A DNA stretch of 62,926 nt, counting the filler, from Sanchytrium tribonematis (taxonomy: Eukaryota): the NCBI GenBank assembly GCA_018985235.1. It is 19 parts of 19 records of this genome, joined end to end, with 100 filler letters (N's around TTAATTAATTAA, not from the genome) between each part and the next. Parts side by side here need not be neighbours in the genome. Positions count along the whole stretch, not along the records: positions 22,542 to 24,140 come from JADGIG010001253.1; positions 24,241 to 25,838 come from JADGIG010001254.1; positions 25,939 to 27,530 come from JADGIG010001255.1; positions 27,631 to 29,220 come from JADGIG010001256.1; positions 29,321 to 30,903 come from JADGIG010001257.1; positions 31,004 to 48,258 come from JADGIG010000124.1; 13 more parts are not named here. One strand, given 5' to 3'. A model generated the notes under the pieces. It saw only the letters and a list, made by a program, of their open reading frames with translations. It ran no database searches and was not told the DNA's origin. The translations under genes were made by a program, and so were the position numbers. The first letter of the stretch is position 1, and the number at the start of each line of letters is the position of its first letter. Below, one piece after another: positions 22,652-34,030 of the stretch.

Positions 22652-23023
22652 TTAGTGCTTCGGTGGCTTATATCCATCGACCGCCATATTTCTGGTTGCA
22701 TCCGGTATCCTTACAGTCAAACCATCTAAATCTTTTGACATTTTGATTTGACAGCCAAGTCTCGATGTATCAGTCAAACCAAATGCAAGATCGAGTAGAT
22801 CGTTTTCTTCATCTGTTGCTTCTGGAAGTTTATCAAAATACTTTTGGTCTACAATAACATGACATGTTGAACATGCTAAAGAACCTTCACATGCTCCTTC
22901 CAATTCTATATCTTTTCGATGTGCTAATTGTAAAAGAGTCTCATTTTCCTTTGCATGTGTTGTGATTTGACCTTGAGGTGTATTCCAAATTACTTTATGA
23001 TTTAATAAGATTCTCCGAAGCAT
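22652..23023 (-). CDS. YAH1: mitochondrial 2Fe-2S ferredoxin (adrenodoxin type)
   Basis: GACEGSLACSTCHV, EENDLLDLAFGLTDTSRLGCQ. Confidence 0.96.
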   Translation of the reverse strand: MLRRILLNHKVIWNTPQGQITTHAKENETLLQLAHRKDIELEGACEGSLACSTCHVIVDQKYFDKLPEATDEENDLLDLAFGLTDTSRLGCQIKMSKDLDGLTVRIPDATRNMAVDGYKPPKH

Positions 23024-23047
23024 ACACAAAAAGGAGAAGTTTGTTAA

Positions 23048-23569
23048 CTAAAAAATATTTATTGCAGCAATTATTGACAATGCGACAGCACTGACTAATA
23101 GGTTGGCGGAAGACGCAGAGTCTGAGTTCTTCGTGTTTCCGTCTGTTGTAGAATTGTTGGAACTGTCGCCAGAATTTGATGAGTTAGATGAATCATTTGG
23201 TGCATTCCCCGATTTAGTAGAGGAACCACCGGACACATCAAAAAGTCCACTGTATTTTGTGCCGCTAGCAGCCACAAGTCCAAGAAAATATTTCCCTGCC
23301 GCCAAGTCACCTGGTAGTTGCACAGTGATACCTTTTGTTTGAGTGACACCACTTTTTAACGTCGAAATTGTTTTGGCATTATCCATATTACCACTCCCAT
23401 CAAGAAGAGTCACAGAAAAGGCTTCTGTAGTTGCAGGAACTGTGCCGCCGTTTTGATTATAGAGGTCGAAAGTAATTGACCCTCCAGCCTTGAGGCCATT
23501 GAAATTTGAGTTTTGCGCAACAGATAAATCAAATGCGGATAATATTGATAAAAGTATCAGAGACAACAT
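23048..23569 (-). CDS. secreted Ser/Asn-rich, probably GPI-anchored surface protein (Kre9/Knh1-like N domain)
   Basis: Signal peptide, LP.DLAAGKYF...YSGLF, Ser/Asn linker, hydrophobic C-terminal tail. Confidence 0.75.
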   Translation of the reverse strand: MLSLILLSILSAFDLSVAQNSNFNGLKAGGSITFDLYNQNGGTVPATTEAFSVTLLDGSGNMDNAKTISTLKSGVTQTKGITVQLPGDLAAGKYFLGLVAASGTKYSGLFDVSGGSSTKSGNAPNDSSNSSNSGDSSNNSTTDGNTKNSDSASSANLLVSAVALSIIAAINIF

Positions 23570-24056
23570 AGTGGCAATACCCTGTATCGTTCTTATGTGA
23601 AAACTTTAATTTTTGATTGGCTAAGAAAAATAAATTAATTAACAGAGCTTGCCTCGACTTGGTATCTTTTGTGTCGTCACGTTCAAATTTGCAAGACCAT
23701 ACCTTTGGTTGCACTAATGACACCATCCATTATTTGATTAATCAATAGGTATTTTATAATTGTAAGTTAATTTGCGAAGTCAATTTCACTTCAATAATTA
23801 AAGAGGAAAGGAACTAGACTTCGACCTTTGCGACTATTGATCGCATTATAAATGCAGTCAAGAAAACAGAATAAAAGTTTCATTATGAAATTGTAAATAA
23901 TCAAAAATATTAGATAGATCTTTAAATTCATGTCATTTTTCAAAACAAATTAAATTTAGCCATAATGATCCCATTTGTATAATCGAATTATTTAATTTAG
24001 CACACTAACAACATGCTGAAAGATCATCTCCTCAGTTTGAAGATTTATTTTTAAAC

Positions 24057-24140
24057 ATGAAAGCTGTCGAAATTCTGCAAAATACCCAAGACGTTTTAAA
24101 GGAAACTTATGATGGAAAATTTTCGGATGAAGAAGTTAAG
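24057..24140 (+). CDS. 5' fragment of an unknown gene (MKAVEILQNTQDVLKETY...)
   Basis: Open to the contig end; CTCC upstream. Confidence 0.45.
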
Positions 24141-24240
24141 NNNNNNNNNNNNNNNNNNNNNNNNNNNNNNNNNNNNNNNNNNNNTTAATTAATTAANNNN
24201 NNNNNNNNNNNNNNNNNNNNNNNNNNNNNNNNNNNNNNNN

Positions 24241-25834
24241 CAAATTGTCAAAATCATCCGATATCGTCAAATATTTTGGATGTACGTCTATTCACAATCA
24301 TTTGGCCATCGTAATGGAATATATTGAAAATCATTCATTAAGTACATGGCTGTATCATCCAGAATCCATTGGCGAGTCAGAATTACCTCGTAAGCACATT
24401 TCTAAAATCCAATTGGGGATTTCAAGGGGTTTAAATTTCATGGCAATTCAAAAAATTTGTCATAAAGATGTCAAATCAGGGAATATTATGTTGGATGTCT
24501 TTTTCAATCCCAAAATTATTGATTTTGGAGTCGTTGATTTAGTATCTACCCACTCCATGTCTGTCAATCCCTCAAATCAAGGAACAACTGCGTGGAAAGC
24601 CCCTGAAAATTTAGAATTTAATGAGGCTACTTTGAAATTAACAAGCGAATGGCGATTAGCTGGTGATATGTACTCATTTTGTGTCGTATTGGGTGAAATA
24701 CACACTCGTAGAATGCCATGGAGAGGCAGAACTGCAGATGAAATCACCAAATTCGTATTAAATGGCCTGAGACCCTATTCAAAAGAAGATTTGCCATATC
24801 AAATCTACAAATTGTTGAAATTAGGATGGGAACAAAAACCACAAGAGCGTATTTCAATGAGTGAAATGGAATCCAGATTATTGGATTATTTTAATAAATA
24901 TGGAGAGAATGGGGTAGAAACACCCGTTAGTAAAACATTGCCCCCGTTTAACAAATCAGATTTGCCAAATAATCCATCTCGTATTATCAAAGCAGCAGAA
25001 ACAGATTGTTTATTCAAGCATCTATACGATGCAATCATTATGAAGAAACCCAAAGAATTCGAATTCAATTTGATTAAATTATCAAACACCTTTGAATATC
25101 ACATCATTTTCAAATTTTTTCATTCTGAGGAATTAAAAACCCATAAAATTAGATTATCAGAAATGAATTTCAAATTTAGAAGTGATGAGAATCATTTAAT
25201 GTTGGGAATGTACTTGTATTATGGCATTACAGGCCAACAAAGTTATGCAAAAGCATTGAATTCATTTGAACAATCCACACATCCAAATGCCATCATTTTA
25301 TCCATTTTTATCCAACATAATCCAAATCAATCTGATTATTTATACAATTTAGAGCAATTAAAAGACCCTCAATTGGCAACCCATTTCATGAAATTGAATT
25401 TTATTGCAAATACTAAATATCATTTAAATCCATCAAATCATGAACAAAATGCTTTAAACTATCAAAAAATTTGTATTTTATCTTCTTACACCCATGTCTC
25501 TGCTCTATTCCATTTAGGATGCATTTTCCATCAAGTACAAGAATATAAAAATGCCATTCAATTTTATTTCATGGCTACTAAATTGGGATGTGCATCTAGC
25601 ATGCTCATGATGGGTTATTATTATTCCCATGGCATTGTAGTCAAACAGAATCAAGAGATGGCTGATCAATATTATTTAAATGGGGCATATATGAAAGATC
25701 CAAATCATGTCTTTTGTTTGGGAATGTGCTGGTTATTAGGCATTGAGAGACATGTAGATGTCTTGTATGGTTCTAGTTTATTAGAAAATGAGTTTAGATT
25801 ACCCAAAGTCATTGAAACATTGCATATGAAATAA
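24241..25834 (+). CDS. tyrosine-kinase-like kinase with C-terminal Sel1-like repeats (5' truncated)
   Basis: HKDVKSGN, IIDFG, GTTAWKAPE, DMYSF; ALFHLG, MGYYYSHGIVVKQN Sel1 repeats. Confidence 0.85.
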
Positions 25835-25938
25835 ATTANNNNNNNNNNNNNNNNNNNNNNNNNNNNNNNNNNNNNNNNNNNNTTAATTAATTAANNNNNN
25901 NNNNNNNNNNNNNNNNNNNNNNNNNNNNNNNNNNNNNN

Positions 25939-26919
25939 CATTTTCATTTTAGGTCTTGTTCTATGAGGAAGTACCTGATATTCCCGAAAGTGTGTGTTGA
26001 ACAAATCGACATTACAAAAATTTACATTATTCCTTAAAAAACTATAAATTTCGGAACAGCGTTCCATGTACTGAGAATATATAATTAATTGACAACAGCC
26101 ACTCATTAATGGTAGAATTTTTTTGATAATTGGAATTTCAGCATATTTGGATGCTAGCAATACAGCATCAAATTCTCCACTTTTGATTTCATTTATGATA
26201 CAAACACGATTATTTAATTTTTCTTTTTTTACCAGTAGATCTGGAGTCATTTCAAAACGATCAACCCACGTTTCCGATTCTTCAAAAATTCTCGAAAACG
26301 TTGCTTTGTTGTATCTCTGATCATAATTTTGAAATATTGATAAATCATTAGTTTCACCATCTGTCTCTACAATTTGATAAACTCTACCTTGATTCAATCG
26401 AGAGTAAACCGCATTTACAAGAACACCACGGGCGCTATCAAAACACATATACTTTCCATTTTCGGTTATGTTGGCAAATTGTAACATTAGTGCCAACATG
26501 TCCCAATTAAGCTGCATAACTACCGCAGGACTTCTATTAAAATAATATTCACATAATGATTGTGCGGTAATTGGCATAATGCATAATAAATTTTTTGAAG
26601 TTTTGTTGTGCTTTTGAACATATTTGTCTTTCGCATATTCTGTTTTAGTTTCAAATCCTTGATTGTTTTTGATCAAGTTTTGCATTTTATCATGGTAGCC
26701 GTCTACTTCCATTCCGTCGAACCAAGATATATCTACATTCGATATCTTTGAGATTTTGCCATTTTCCAATTGAAACATTCCAAATGGCTTTCCAATTATG
26801 TCGTTGCTAAAGAATTGCCCGTACTTTCCAACAAATGTAGTTTCGTTGGGAATAAAACGCACCAGACGTTGCTGTTCTGAAGGCAAAGTCAAAAGATAAC
26901 TGACAGATGGATGAATCAT
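25939..26919 (-). CDS. TRM6: tRNA m1A58 methyltransferase non-catalytic subunit (3' truncated)
   Basis: LPS, GKYGQF...IIGKPF, FETKTEYAKDKY, REYQVLPHRTRPKM. Confidence 0.9.
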
Positions 26920-27318
26920 TGGGTTCTCCGCTTAAGTAAATATTTGCAGATTCAATTTACTAAAAGTGGAGGAAAGGGTGGCCAAAATGTTAATAAAAGA
27001 GATACCAAAGTGATTCTGAAGTTAAACACGAATCAGGCACTTGAAGATGGTGTGCTAACAAAAGAGATTTTTAAACGACTGCCAAATCCGTTTATTATAA
27101 TGAGCCAGAAAGAAAGAACACAACATGACAACCTGAGAGATGCGAAATCAAGACTAGAAGAGCTTTTCAAGATTGCTGAGCTTGAATCAGTCCCTAAGAT
27201 TACCAAGCCTGAGACAACGAAAAGAATCATGCGGCTGCAAACGAAATTTAAATTACAGAAAAGAGCTGATAAACTGTACACCAAAATGAAGAAGAATTCT
27301 AGAAAAGTTGACTTTTAA
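26911..27318 (+). CDS. ICT1/ArfB-type peptidyl-tRNA hydrolase (mitochondrial ribosome rescue)
   Basis: FTKSGGKGGQNVNK..TKV, SQKERTQHDN, basic C-terminal tail. Confidence 0.88.
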   Translation: MNHWVLRLSKYLQIQFTKSGGKGGQNVNKRDTKVILKLNTNQALEDGVLTKEIFKRLPNPFIIMSQKERTQHDNLRDAKSRLEELFKIAELESVPKITKPETTKRIMRLQTKFKLQKRADKLYTKMKKNSRKVDF

Positions 27319-27410
27319 GTTCAATCTAAATAATGGCGTGTATCTTTCAGATGTCCTCGTAGGATTCGTAAATTGTCTTACCATCATAAATCGAAATCTA
27401 TTGATATTTA

Positions 27411-27530
27411 TTATCCTTGTAATTTTTTGACAAGTTCAATGTACTTTTTTTGTGCATCGTCTTTACCAGTTCCCTTTAACTTTGACCAAGCATCCCATTT
27501 GGCTTTTCCAGTCATATCAAACATACCCGG
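27411..27530 (-). CDS. ACB1: acyl-CoA-binding protein, 3' part
   Basis: Manual translation [20 protein letters not shown]...[14 protein letters not shown]. Confidence 0.93.
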   Translation of the reverse strand, partial: PGMFDMTGKAKWDAWSKLKGTGKDDAQKKYIELVKKLQG

Positions 27531-27630
27531 NNNNNNNNNNNNNNNNNNNNNNNNNNNNNNNNNNNNNNNNNNNNTTAATTAATTAANNNNNNNNNNNNNN
27601 NNNNNNNNNNNNNNNNNNNNNNNNNNNNNN

Positions 27631-28849
27631 TAAAGGGTTTATTTATTGGACTTCAAAGGACACTTATAAGCACATTAAAGAGGATGATATCGATCCATAT
27701 TTGACAGATAGAGACATTTTCTTTTTATTGGATTCAAGAGATTTATACAATACATTAGGTCCTTGTATAATTTGCTCATCACCAAGATCAGATATTGCGA
27801 CTCAATTCCGTAAAACTGCGTTAAAACTTTTTATGCCAGTATGGGAATGGCATGAGATTCAGTCTCTTCACCAGGAGGTTTATTTAGACAAAATCACTGT
27901 CCGTCAGCTTCATGCAAGATTTCATTTAATTGGAGGTGTACCTCGGTATTTGTTTGAAAATCTACAAGATACGGCTGCTACTATTTTGCATAATGCGCTC
28001 AAAGCGAGTGAAGCTTCCAATCTTCAAAGACTACGTGAATACAAAGGCAAAGACGGCAAAGAACCATCTCATCAATTGATTCACATTAACAGCTCATTCA
28101 ACACCGCACCACCCTGGGGTCAATATTCGTTATCATACGCTTCTGATTTTGTATCCACCATGGTCGCTTCCAAGTATCAAAAATTAAGAAAAGATATGGT
28201 TGTTCAATGGCTAGACGAGACATCTGATATCGGAAAATCAGGTGGCTTACGTGGTAATTTATTTGAGACTCTCGGACATTTACATTTAAAAAAGGGAAAT
28301 TTTGCGTGTAAAAGTCTTGAAAGTGATGGTGTCCAACAAATGATCCAAATTTCATGTAAAAGTGTAGAAATAGTGGGTCAGCGAGACATTTCTCAATCAG
28401 TCTGGGTGCCAAACATTTATTACAAGCCATTATCTAAATTCTTTGATTGCATTGATTCTTGGACAATCATTGATGGAGAGTTGTGGGCATTCCAGTTTAC
28501 GGTGTCTTGTGATCACGATATATCAAATGCCTTGTACTGGTGCTTTTTGATTTGGAATTTGAAGCATCATGTGACTGTTGTGTATGATGACAACAAATTT
28601 AAAAAATATTCAAAAATGGATATCAAATTATCTGAAAAGAGTCCTTATGATAAAATAACAAAAGCTCCAGAAGGTTATGACGTACAGCAACATGTTTTGC
28701 TATTGGATTGTGGTGGAAAATTCAGTATTGATGATTATTGGGAAATACAAAAGAAAGAATTAAAGCATGCTTTGGGAATGTTTGCAGATAGTGATGGCGA
28801 CAATGTACAAAATGAAACTGAAGCATTTAAAAGTGTCATTTCCACTTGA
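27631..28849 (+). CDS. Crinkler/RHS-like NTPase + restriction-endonuclease-fold effector (5' truncated)
   Basis: FMPVW...EI, GGVPRYLF, RGNLFE..GH, YYKP....DCIDSW, FQFTVS..H. Confidence 0.8.
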
Positions 28850-29320
28850 AGACAGAGAATTGAGACGAGTTTATTGTTTGGATCCTTGTAGACTGCTAGA
28901 TTTTAAATGGTAGGAATATGTGTAATATCACAAGTGTTCAAATTCCGCTCCGTCTTCCTTTATATCTAGTAACCAATAAAGATTTGAAAAAGAATTTAAA
29001 TTTAAACTTTAATTGCTTCCATATCTCCCACCTTAAATTTCCTTAATCAAAAAATGGCATTTATAAAAATTTATTGACTATTTTGCAGATAATATCCTGC
29101 TTGTTCCCCTGCCAATTTCAACTCTACTGCGCTACGATTAGTCAGGTATTGTAAATAATGAAGTGGTTTAATTTGATAAACCACGCATAAACCCACAAAC
29201 ATATTTTCAGCATAATTCAANNNNNNNNNNNNNNNNNNNNNNNNNNNNNNNNNNNNNNNNNNNNTTAATTAATTAANNNNNNNNNNNNNNNNNNNNNNNN
29301 NNNNNNNNNNNNNNNNNNNN

Positions 29321-29424
29321 TTGATTTGTCTCAGAATGGGTGTACATCCCAAACAATTGGATTCATACGCTTTTCCAATACTTCTGACAGTCAATTGAGC
29401 AGCAAAGAGCAATGTAAACAACAT
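29321..29424 (-). CDS. 5' fragment of a putative secreted protein (MLFTLLFAAQLTVRSIGKAYESNCLGC...)
   Basis: Short hydrophobic leader; CTCC 8 nt upstream of the ATG; open to the contig edge. Confidence 0.5.
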
Positions 29425-29765
29425 GTTTAGCAGGAGAATGCTATGGCATCATTAAATACACACATGTCATAAAATCACGTCATAAATGACAACATTTCAA
29501 ATCAAATGATCAGTATTGCACTATTAATCAAAAATGAAAGTAATTGCCATGATTAAAGTATAATCTGCCTTATGGTAAGTGCCCCAGAATAATGCCATAT
29601 TGACCAATGAATGCCGAGGAGATGATTTGTGATCTAAAAATGGATCCCATTTCACATATTTTGATTGGTTCGAATGTACCATAAACTTGATATTTTGCGT
29701 ATCTTTTTAAATTTATTAATTTACAGTTCAACTGATTCTAAATCAAATCAACGAATTAGTGATTA

Positions 29766-30677
29766 ATGGGAGATGATTCTGATACACGGAGTTTACATTC
29801 TTTTAAAATGAATTATTCATTATTACCCTACCACACCGTCAAAGAGAATCATCCAAAGTCTAAAAAATCATGGAAATATGCCATTATTCTCATATTGTTT
29901 ATTATTACCATATTCAGCTTTAAATCAGCATGGCTTTCTCAACCTTCTAAACCCAATTACAACATGATCATAGCCATCACGACATCCATTCAAGATTATC
30001 AACGACGGATGGCAGTCAGAAACACGTGGAAAAAGAATATTCCAAAAGACTCAATTTTGATATTCTTCATGGGTCAATCCAATTTCACTCATCAACAAGC
30101 GCATCATGCACAATTGGAAATTGATAATCATCAAGATGTGGTTTTATTAGACATGGTAGATTCATATAGAAATTTGACCATTAAAATGACTAAAATCCAC
30201 GAATATGTTGCAGATCATTTTACCGCGAATTGGCTGTTTAAAACAGACACAGATGTGTGGATAAATGTAGACAGATTGATGAAATTATATAAAAATTATC
30301 AACCTAGAACTGTGATTAGTAAATTAGCAAAGAATTTTGATGTTTTAAAATCTGGATCATTTAAAAATCTGGTTTATTCAAATTCAAAATATCCTACATT
30401 TCCAAGTGGATGTGGATATGGTTTATCATTTGATATTGTGCAATATTTAGCACAACAATCTAAATTAAAATGGCTTAAAATTATGCCAAATGAAGATGCG
30501 ACTTTGGGTGTTTGGTTGTCTGGATTAAATACCACATTAATTCATACAAATGATATAGATGGAGAACATCTGAGATGCCAAAATAGATATTTATTAGTGC
30601 ATCACATTCAGCCATATACGATTTATGAGAAACAGGCCAATTTTGAAACTTGTGGGAATCACTGTGGATGCAAATAA
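29766..30677 (+). CDS. GT31 beta-1,3-galactosyltransferase-like type II membrane protein
   Basis: RRMAVRNTW, DSYRNLTIK, FKTDTD, YPTFPSGCGY, NEDATLGVW. Confidence 0.92.
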   Translation: MGDDSDTRSLHSFKMNYSLLPYHTVKENHPKSKKSWKYAIILILFIITIFSFKSAWLSQPSKPNYNMIIAITTSIQDYQRRMAVRNTWKKNIPKDSILIFFMGQSNFTHQQAHHAQLEIDNHQDVVLLDMVDSYRNLTIKMTKIHEYVADHFTANWLFKTDTDVWINVDRLMKLYKNYQPRTVISKLAKNFDVLKSGSFKNLVYSNSKYPTFPSGCGYGLSFDIVQYLAQQSKLKWLKIMPNEDATLGVWLSGLNTTLIHTNDIDGEHLRCQNRYLLVHHIQPYTIYEKQANFETCGNHCGCK

Positions 30678-31080
30678 ATGACTGTAAATTATTGAGTGAC
30701 GCATATAAGTCGTGAAAAGGGTCTCGAGACAACGCCTAGATAGTCATCATGCTAATTGCTGTATCAAGATCTCAATAATTTTCAAATGAAGTGGCTTGAA
30801 TTCAAAAAATGATTTTATTTTACTTCATTTTCGGAGTCATTTCAGACTGTCAAATTGTCATCCAAATGGCCCGAAAACTAGGTTTAGATCGTCATAAACC
30901 AGTNNNNNNNNNNNNNNNNNNNNNNNNNNNNNNNNNNNNNNNNNNNNTTAATTAATTAANNNNNNNNNNNNNNNNNNNNNNNNNNNNNNNNNNNNNNNNN
31001 NNNTCTTGTACATTAACGCAACATATCTATTTAGTTGTCTCAGAGCTTGTGCGACGATAGATGCTTTCGATCTACGCTTT

Positions 31081-31086
31081 GATTGG
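31081..31086. promoter_or_regulatory. putative CCAAT box (GATTGG); also at 23615, 29663, 48399, 55422 and 60542
   Basis: Recurs upstream of ATGs in longer intergenic regions. Confidence 0.45.
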
Positions 31087-31143
31087 TCAATTGAAATTTA
31101 TAAACCCAAATGAGAGTTCTGTCATTTTCAAACAAATATCGCC

Positions 31144-31725
31144 ATGTCAATCGAATGGAAAAATTTATTACAGAGTATAGGCGAACACCTTAAAGATAAA
31201 CCATTAAATGAGGTCGATATCGATTCACTTAATGCGGTAGTGGAGGGTTACAAAAGCAATGATGAAGATTGGTCAAAATTTGCTTTCTTCGATGCTTACA
31301 AATACACCAGAAATTTAGTAGATGATGGTAATGATTATTACAACGTCTTAATTCTTTGTTGGGGTCCAAATCATTATAGTCCTATTCATGATCACGCTAA
31401 TTCTCACTGTTTAATGAAAGTCCTAGATGGTGAATTAGCAGAGCATCTATACAATAGCCCCAACGAGGAAACCGAGATGACTGAAAAGAGATGTTTGACT
31501 TTACAAAAAGATGAAACAACTTATATTCACGACAAAATAGGGATTCATAAGGTTGGTAATCCATCAACTACAAGAGGCGCTATTTCTCTTCATATTTATT
31601 CTCCTCCTATCAAAGTTTGTACCACTTTTACACCCCAGGGTAGAGCAAGAAAGTCTGGAAACTGCCCTTTTTTTTCTGTGTATGGTCAAAGAGATGCACA
31701 AACAAAACCCGGCCTTGAACAATAA
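31144..31725 (+). CDS. CDO1: cysteine dioxygenase type I
   Basis: YTRNLVD, LCW...SPIHDH..SHC, IHKVGN, SLHIYSPP. Confidence 0.95.
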   Translation: MSIEWKNLLQSIGEHLKDKPLNEVDIDSLNAVVEGYKSNDEDWSKFAFFDAYKYTRNLVDDGNDYYNVLILCWGPNHYSPIHDHANSHCLMKVLDGELAEHLYNSPNEETEMTEKRCLTLQKDETTYIHDKIGIHKVGNPSTTRGAISLHIYSPPIKVCTTFTPQGRARKSGNCPFFSVYGQRDAQTKPGLEQ

Positions 31726-31750
31726 TACCTGCTAATAAAATTTTATTTAA

Positions 31751-32518
31751 TCAACAAAATTTTATCATGTCTTTTTTTATATTATAATTGCATTTGATTT
31801 GTTGGCTGCCAAAAAAGTTTAATTTCATTTGGCCTTTTTCCAGCATCTTTGGCATCACCTCGCTGGATTCATTTTCAAATTTAATTGATAATTTTCGCGT
31901 ATGTTCCTGCGCAGTTTTCCAACTAAATCGCACATGATTTGGGTATCCAAACAAGTTGTGCACACTTTTCATATATTTAATGGTATTGGGATCAGAAGGG
32001 TATCCACTTCCCATTCCTTCTTCAATCAAAGAATCCCGATATACCTTGGCACAAATAGAAGCTCCCATGACTGGCTTGTATTTGGTATCGGCCTTACTCT
32101 CTACAACAACTTTGTGCTTCGTTAATTTTTCAAGTCGCAACTGGTGATGCTTAGCATGACCGAGCGTGTCTACGTATATACAAGAAATTTTAAGGTCTTT
32201 AACTTTTTCAAGCAAAATATTTGTGGCTTCTAAGGCAATTTCATTCAAACTTATCCCCTTTAACATATGTTCGCTAATATATTCTGGAGAAATGCTAACT
32301 AAATAATAATTAATTTTAAGTTCTTTCAAAATGTGTTGCCTTGTATCAGCGTCCAACTTTTTTGAATCATCGATATTCTCTGGCCATTCATAATCGATTG
32401 GTTGTAATGCCAAGCAATAGACCATGCTGCCAATGACAGGCCCTCTGCCAGCTTCATCTATTCCGCCGACAAAAGTCTGATCTAGTTCTTGAGATAAGAA
32501 TTCTTGAATTTGCAACAT
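31751..32518 (-). CDS. RNH201: ribonuclease H2 catalytic subunit A
   Basis: GIDEAGRGPVIGSMVY, DDSKKL, ASICAKV, GSGYPSDP, RFSW. Confidence 0.95.
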   Translation of the reverse strand: MLQIQEFLSQELDQTFVGGIDEAGRGPVIGSMVYCLALQPIDYEWPENIDDSKKLDADTRQHILKELKINYYLVSISPEYISEHMLKGISLNEIALEATNILLEKVKDLKISCIYVDTLGHAKHHQLRLEKLTKHKVVVESKADTKYKPVMGASICAKVYRDSLIEEGMGSGYPSDPNTIKYMKSVHNLFGYPNHVRFSWKTAQEHTRKLSIKFENESSEVMPKMLEKGQMKLNFFGSQQIKCNYNIKKDMIKFC

Positions 32519-32575
32519 GGAGTAGTAAAAATGGCAAAAGTGGTCGTCAATCAAAAAATAATTATTATAAAAGTA

Positions 32576-33224
32576 TCAAGTCAAAAACAAAGTTGCAAAT
32601 ATTATTGGAATCAGCAAAAATGCAAAGATCTTAGCGATGGTCACAATGAATAGACCTTGCTCGACAGTGCCAGAGTCAAGCTCCTGGATTTCTTGATCTA
32701 AATCAACCTTATCAAATTTTATCGCAATCCTTTCTGGATACTGTTGCAAATATAATGAAAATTCGCGATTCCAAGACCAAGATTCTTTGGCTCTAATTTT
32801 TTTCTCTCTGTCTGAAGTCTGAACTGTGCCAGTTCCCATTTCATTTCTATATAAATTCAAATTACGAGCACATATACGAAACGAGTCCTATTAGCATAGA
32901 CTGAATTGACCATAGAGGATTCCAACTTTCTTTATGAAATCCAGTCATGCTCATGCAGATTTTATCGCCTGGTTTAAATCTGCCGCTGGGTGTATAAATT
33001 TTGAAATGAGGAGGACTAAATGGGTAATTTCTCTCAAATAGAATGACTCCAAAGTACTCACCTCCGAAATATGGAGTTTCTTTTGGTCCATTAACAATAA
33101 AATACCATGTCAAAAGGTTATTTTCAGCAGGTTTGACTATAACATTTTCAATAGGCGACTTTTGAATAGCTAAATATTCTTTTTGGAGACGTACCTGTGC
33201 AGGTTTAGGTATTTTGTTACTCAT
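32576..33224 (-). CDS. UBC6: tail-anchored ER ubiquitin-conjugating enzyme Ubc6/UBE2J, 209 aa, 2 exons
   Basis: RLQKEY, TPSGRF, ICMSMTGFH.ESWNP; splicing gives SYMCSNEMGTG and adds the C-terminal TM helix. Confidence 0.92.
32847..32865 (-). other. 19-nt spliceosomal intron (GTAATTTGAATTTATATAG)
   Basis: Joins the E2 core to the tail ORF in frame. Confidence 0.93.
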
Positions 33225-33297
33225 CAGAAAAAATCGGAGTTGGTTTGACACAATAAAAACACGGAATTTGGAAAAGTGATATTGTATAAAGGTGATG

Positions 33298-33897
33298 TTA
33301 GGTTTTATTTGGCTTCTTGTCTAGTTCGTCTTCAGAATTAAACCACTCATATAATTTTTTGACCGATTGTTGTGTATATGGACTTTGCTGTATATTTTCA
33401 AAGGTGGACGATACTCCATAAAGAACTTGAGATGCCATCGATCCTAGAATGCCACCCATGGACTCATTTGTATTTGTATTCAAGGTTCCCGAATTTTTCC
33501 TTATTGGCCTCTTTGGACAAACTACATTTGAGGAATTAAATTGACAGTCGTTCAATAAACATGTAAGCCTTTCCTTATACTCGGCTGATATCAAGGAATA
33601 GTATCGATCTTGTATGTTGTTATCAAAAAAGCCGTTGCCTACAAAATCTTTGAACTTTTTATTTCCTCCTAAGCTCATTCTTTTAAATTGAGATTCTGAC
33701 CAATTGTCCAAATTAGTACTTCTAACGAAAGATATATGAACTCCGAAATTTCTATGAACCCCGGAACAAGTTAAGCATATATATGTACCAAAGTCTAAAC
33801 TACACCAAGATGGGTGACTTTGGCTGCAGTCAACACATATTAGATTTTCCTGCTCGGAAGATTGTAATTTGCTTAGTTGAATTTTATAATCTTCCAT
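33298..33897 (-). CDS. ArfGAP (Gcs1/ArfGAP1-like)
   Basis: CVDC...P.W.SL..G.YICLTCSGVHR.FGVHISFVRS, MSLGGN. Confidence 0.9.
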   Translation of the reverse strand: MEDYKIQLSKLQSSEQENLICVDCSQSHPSWCSLDFGTYICLTCSGVHRNFGVHISFVRSTNLDNWSESQFKRMSLGGNKKFKDFVGNGFFDNNIQDRYYSLISAEYKERLTCLLNDCQFNSSNVVCPKRPIRKNSGTLNTNTNESMGGILGSMASQVLYGVSSTFENIQQSPYTQQSVKKLYEWFNSEDELDKKPNKT

Positions 33898-34030
33898 GAT
33901 GGAGTTTCAGATGAAAAGATTTCTTGCGTGCGATTGTATGTTATTTTCTATAATTTTAATGCAGTGATTGTTTTAAAACTCTGACGAAATGTAAGCTTTA
34001 AGAAAATCAAGCCTGACAGCAATCTCCTTG

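Noticed and set aside
29667..29682. GGTTCGAA tRNA T-loop-like motif
   Set aside because: No cloverleaf stems; overlaps a CCAAT box
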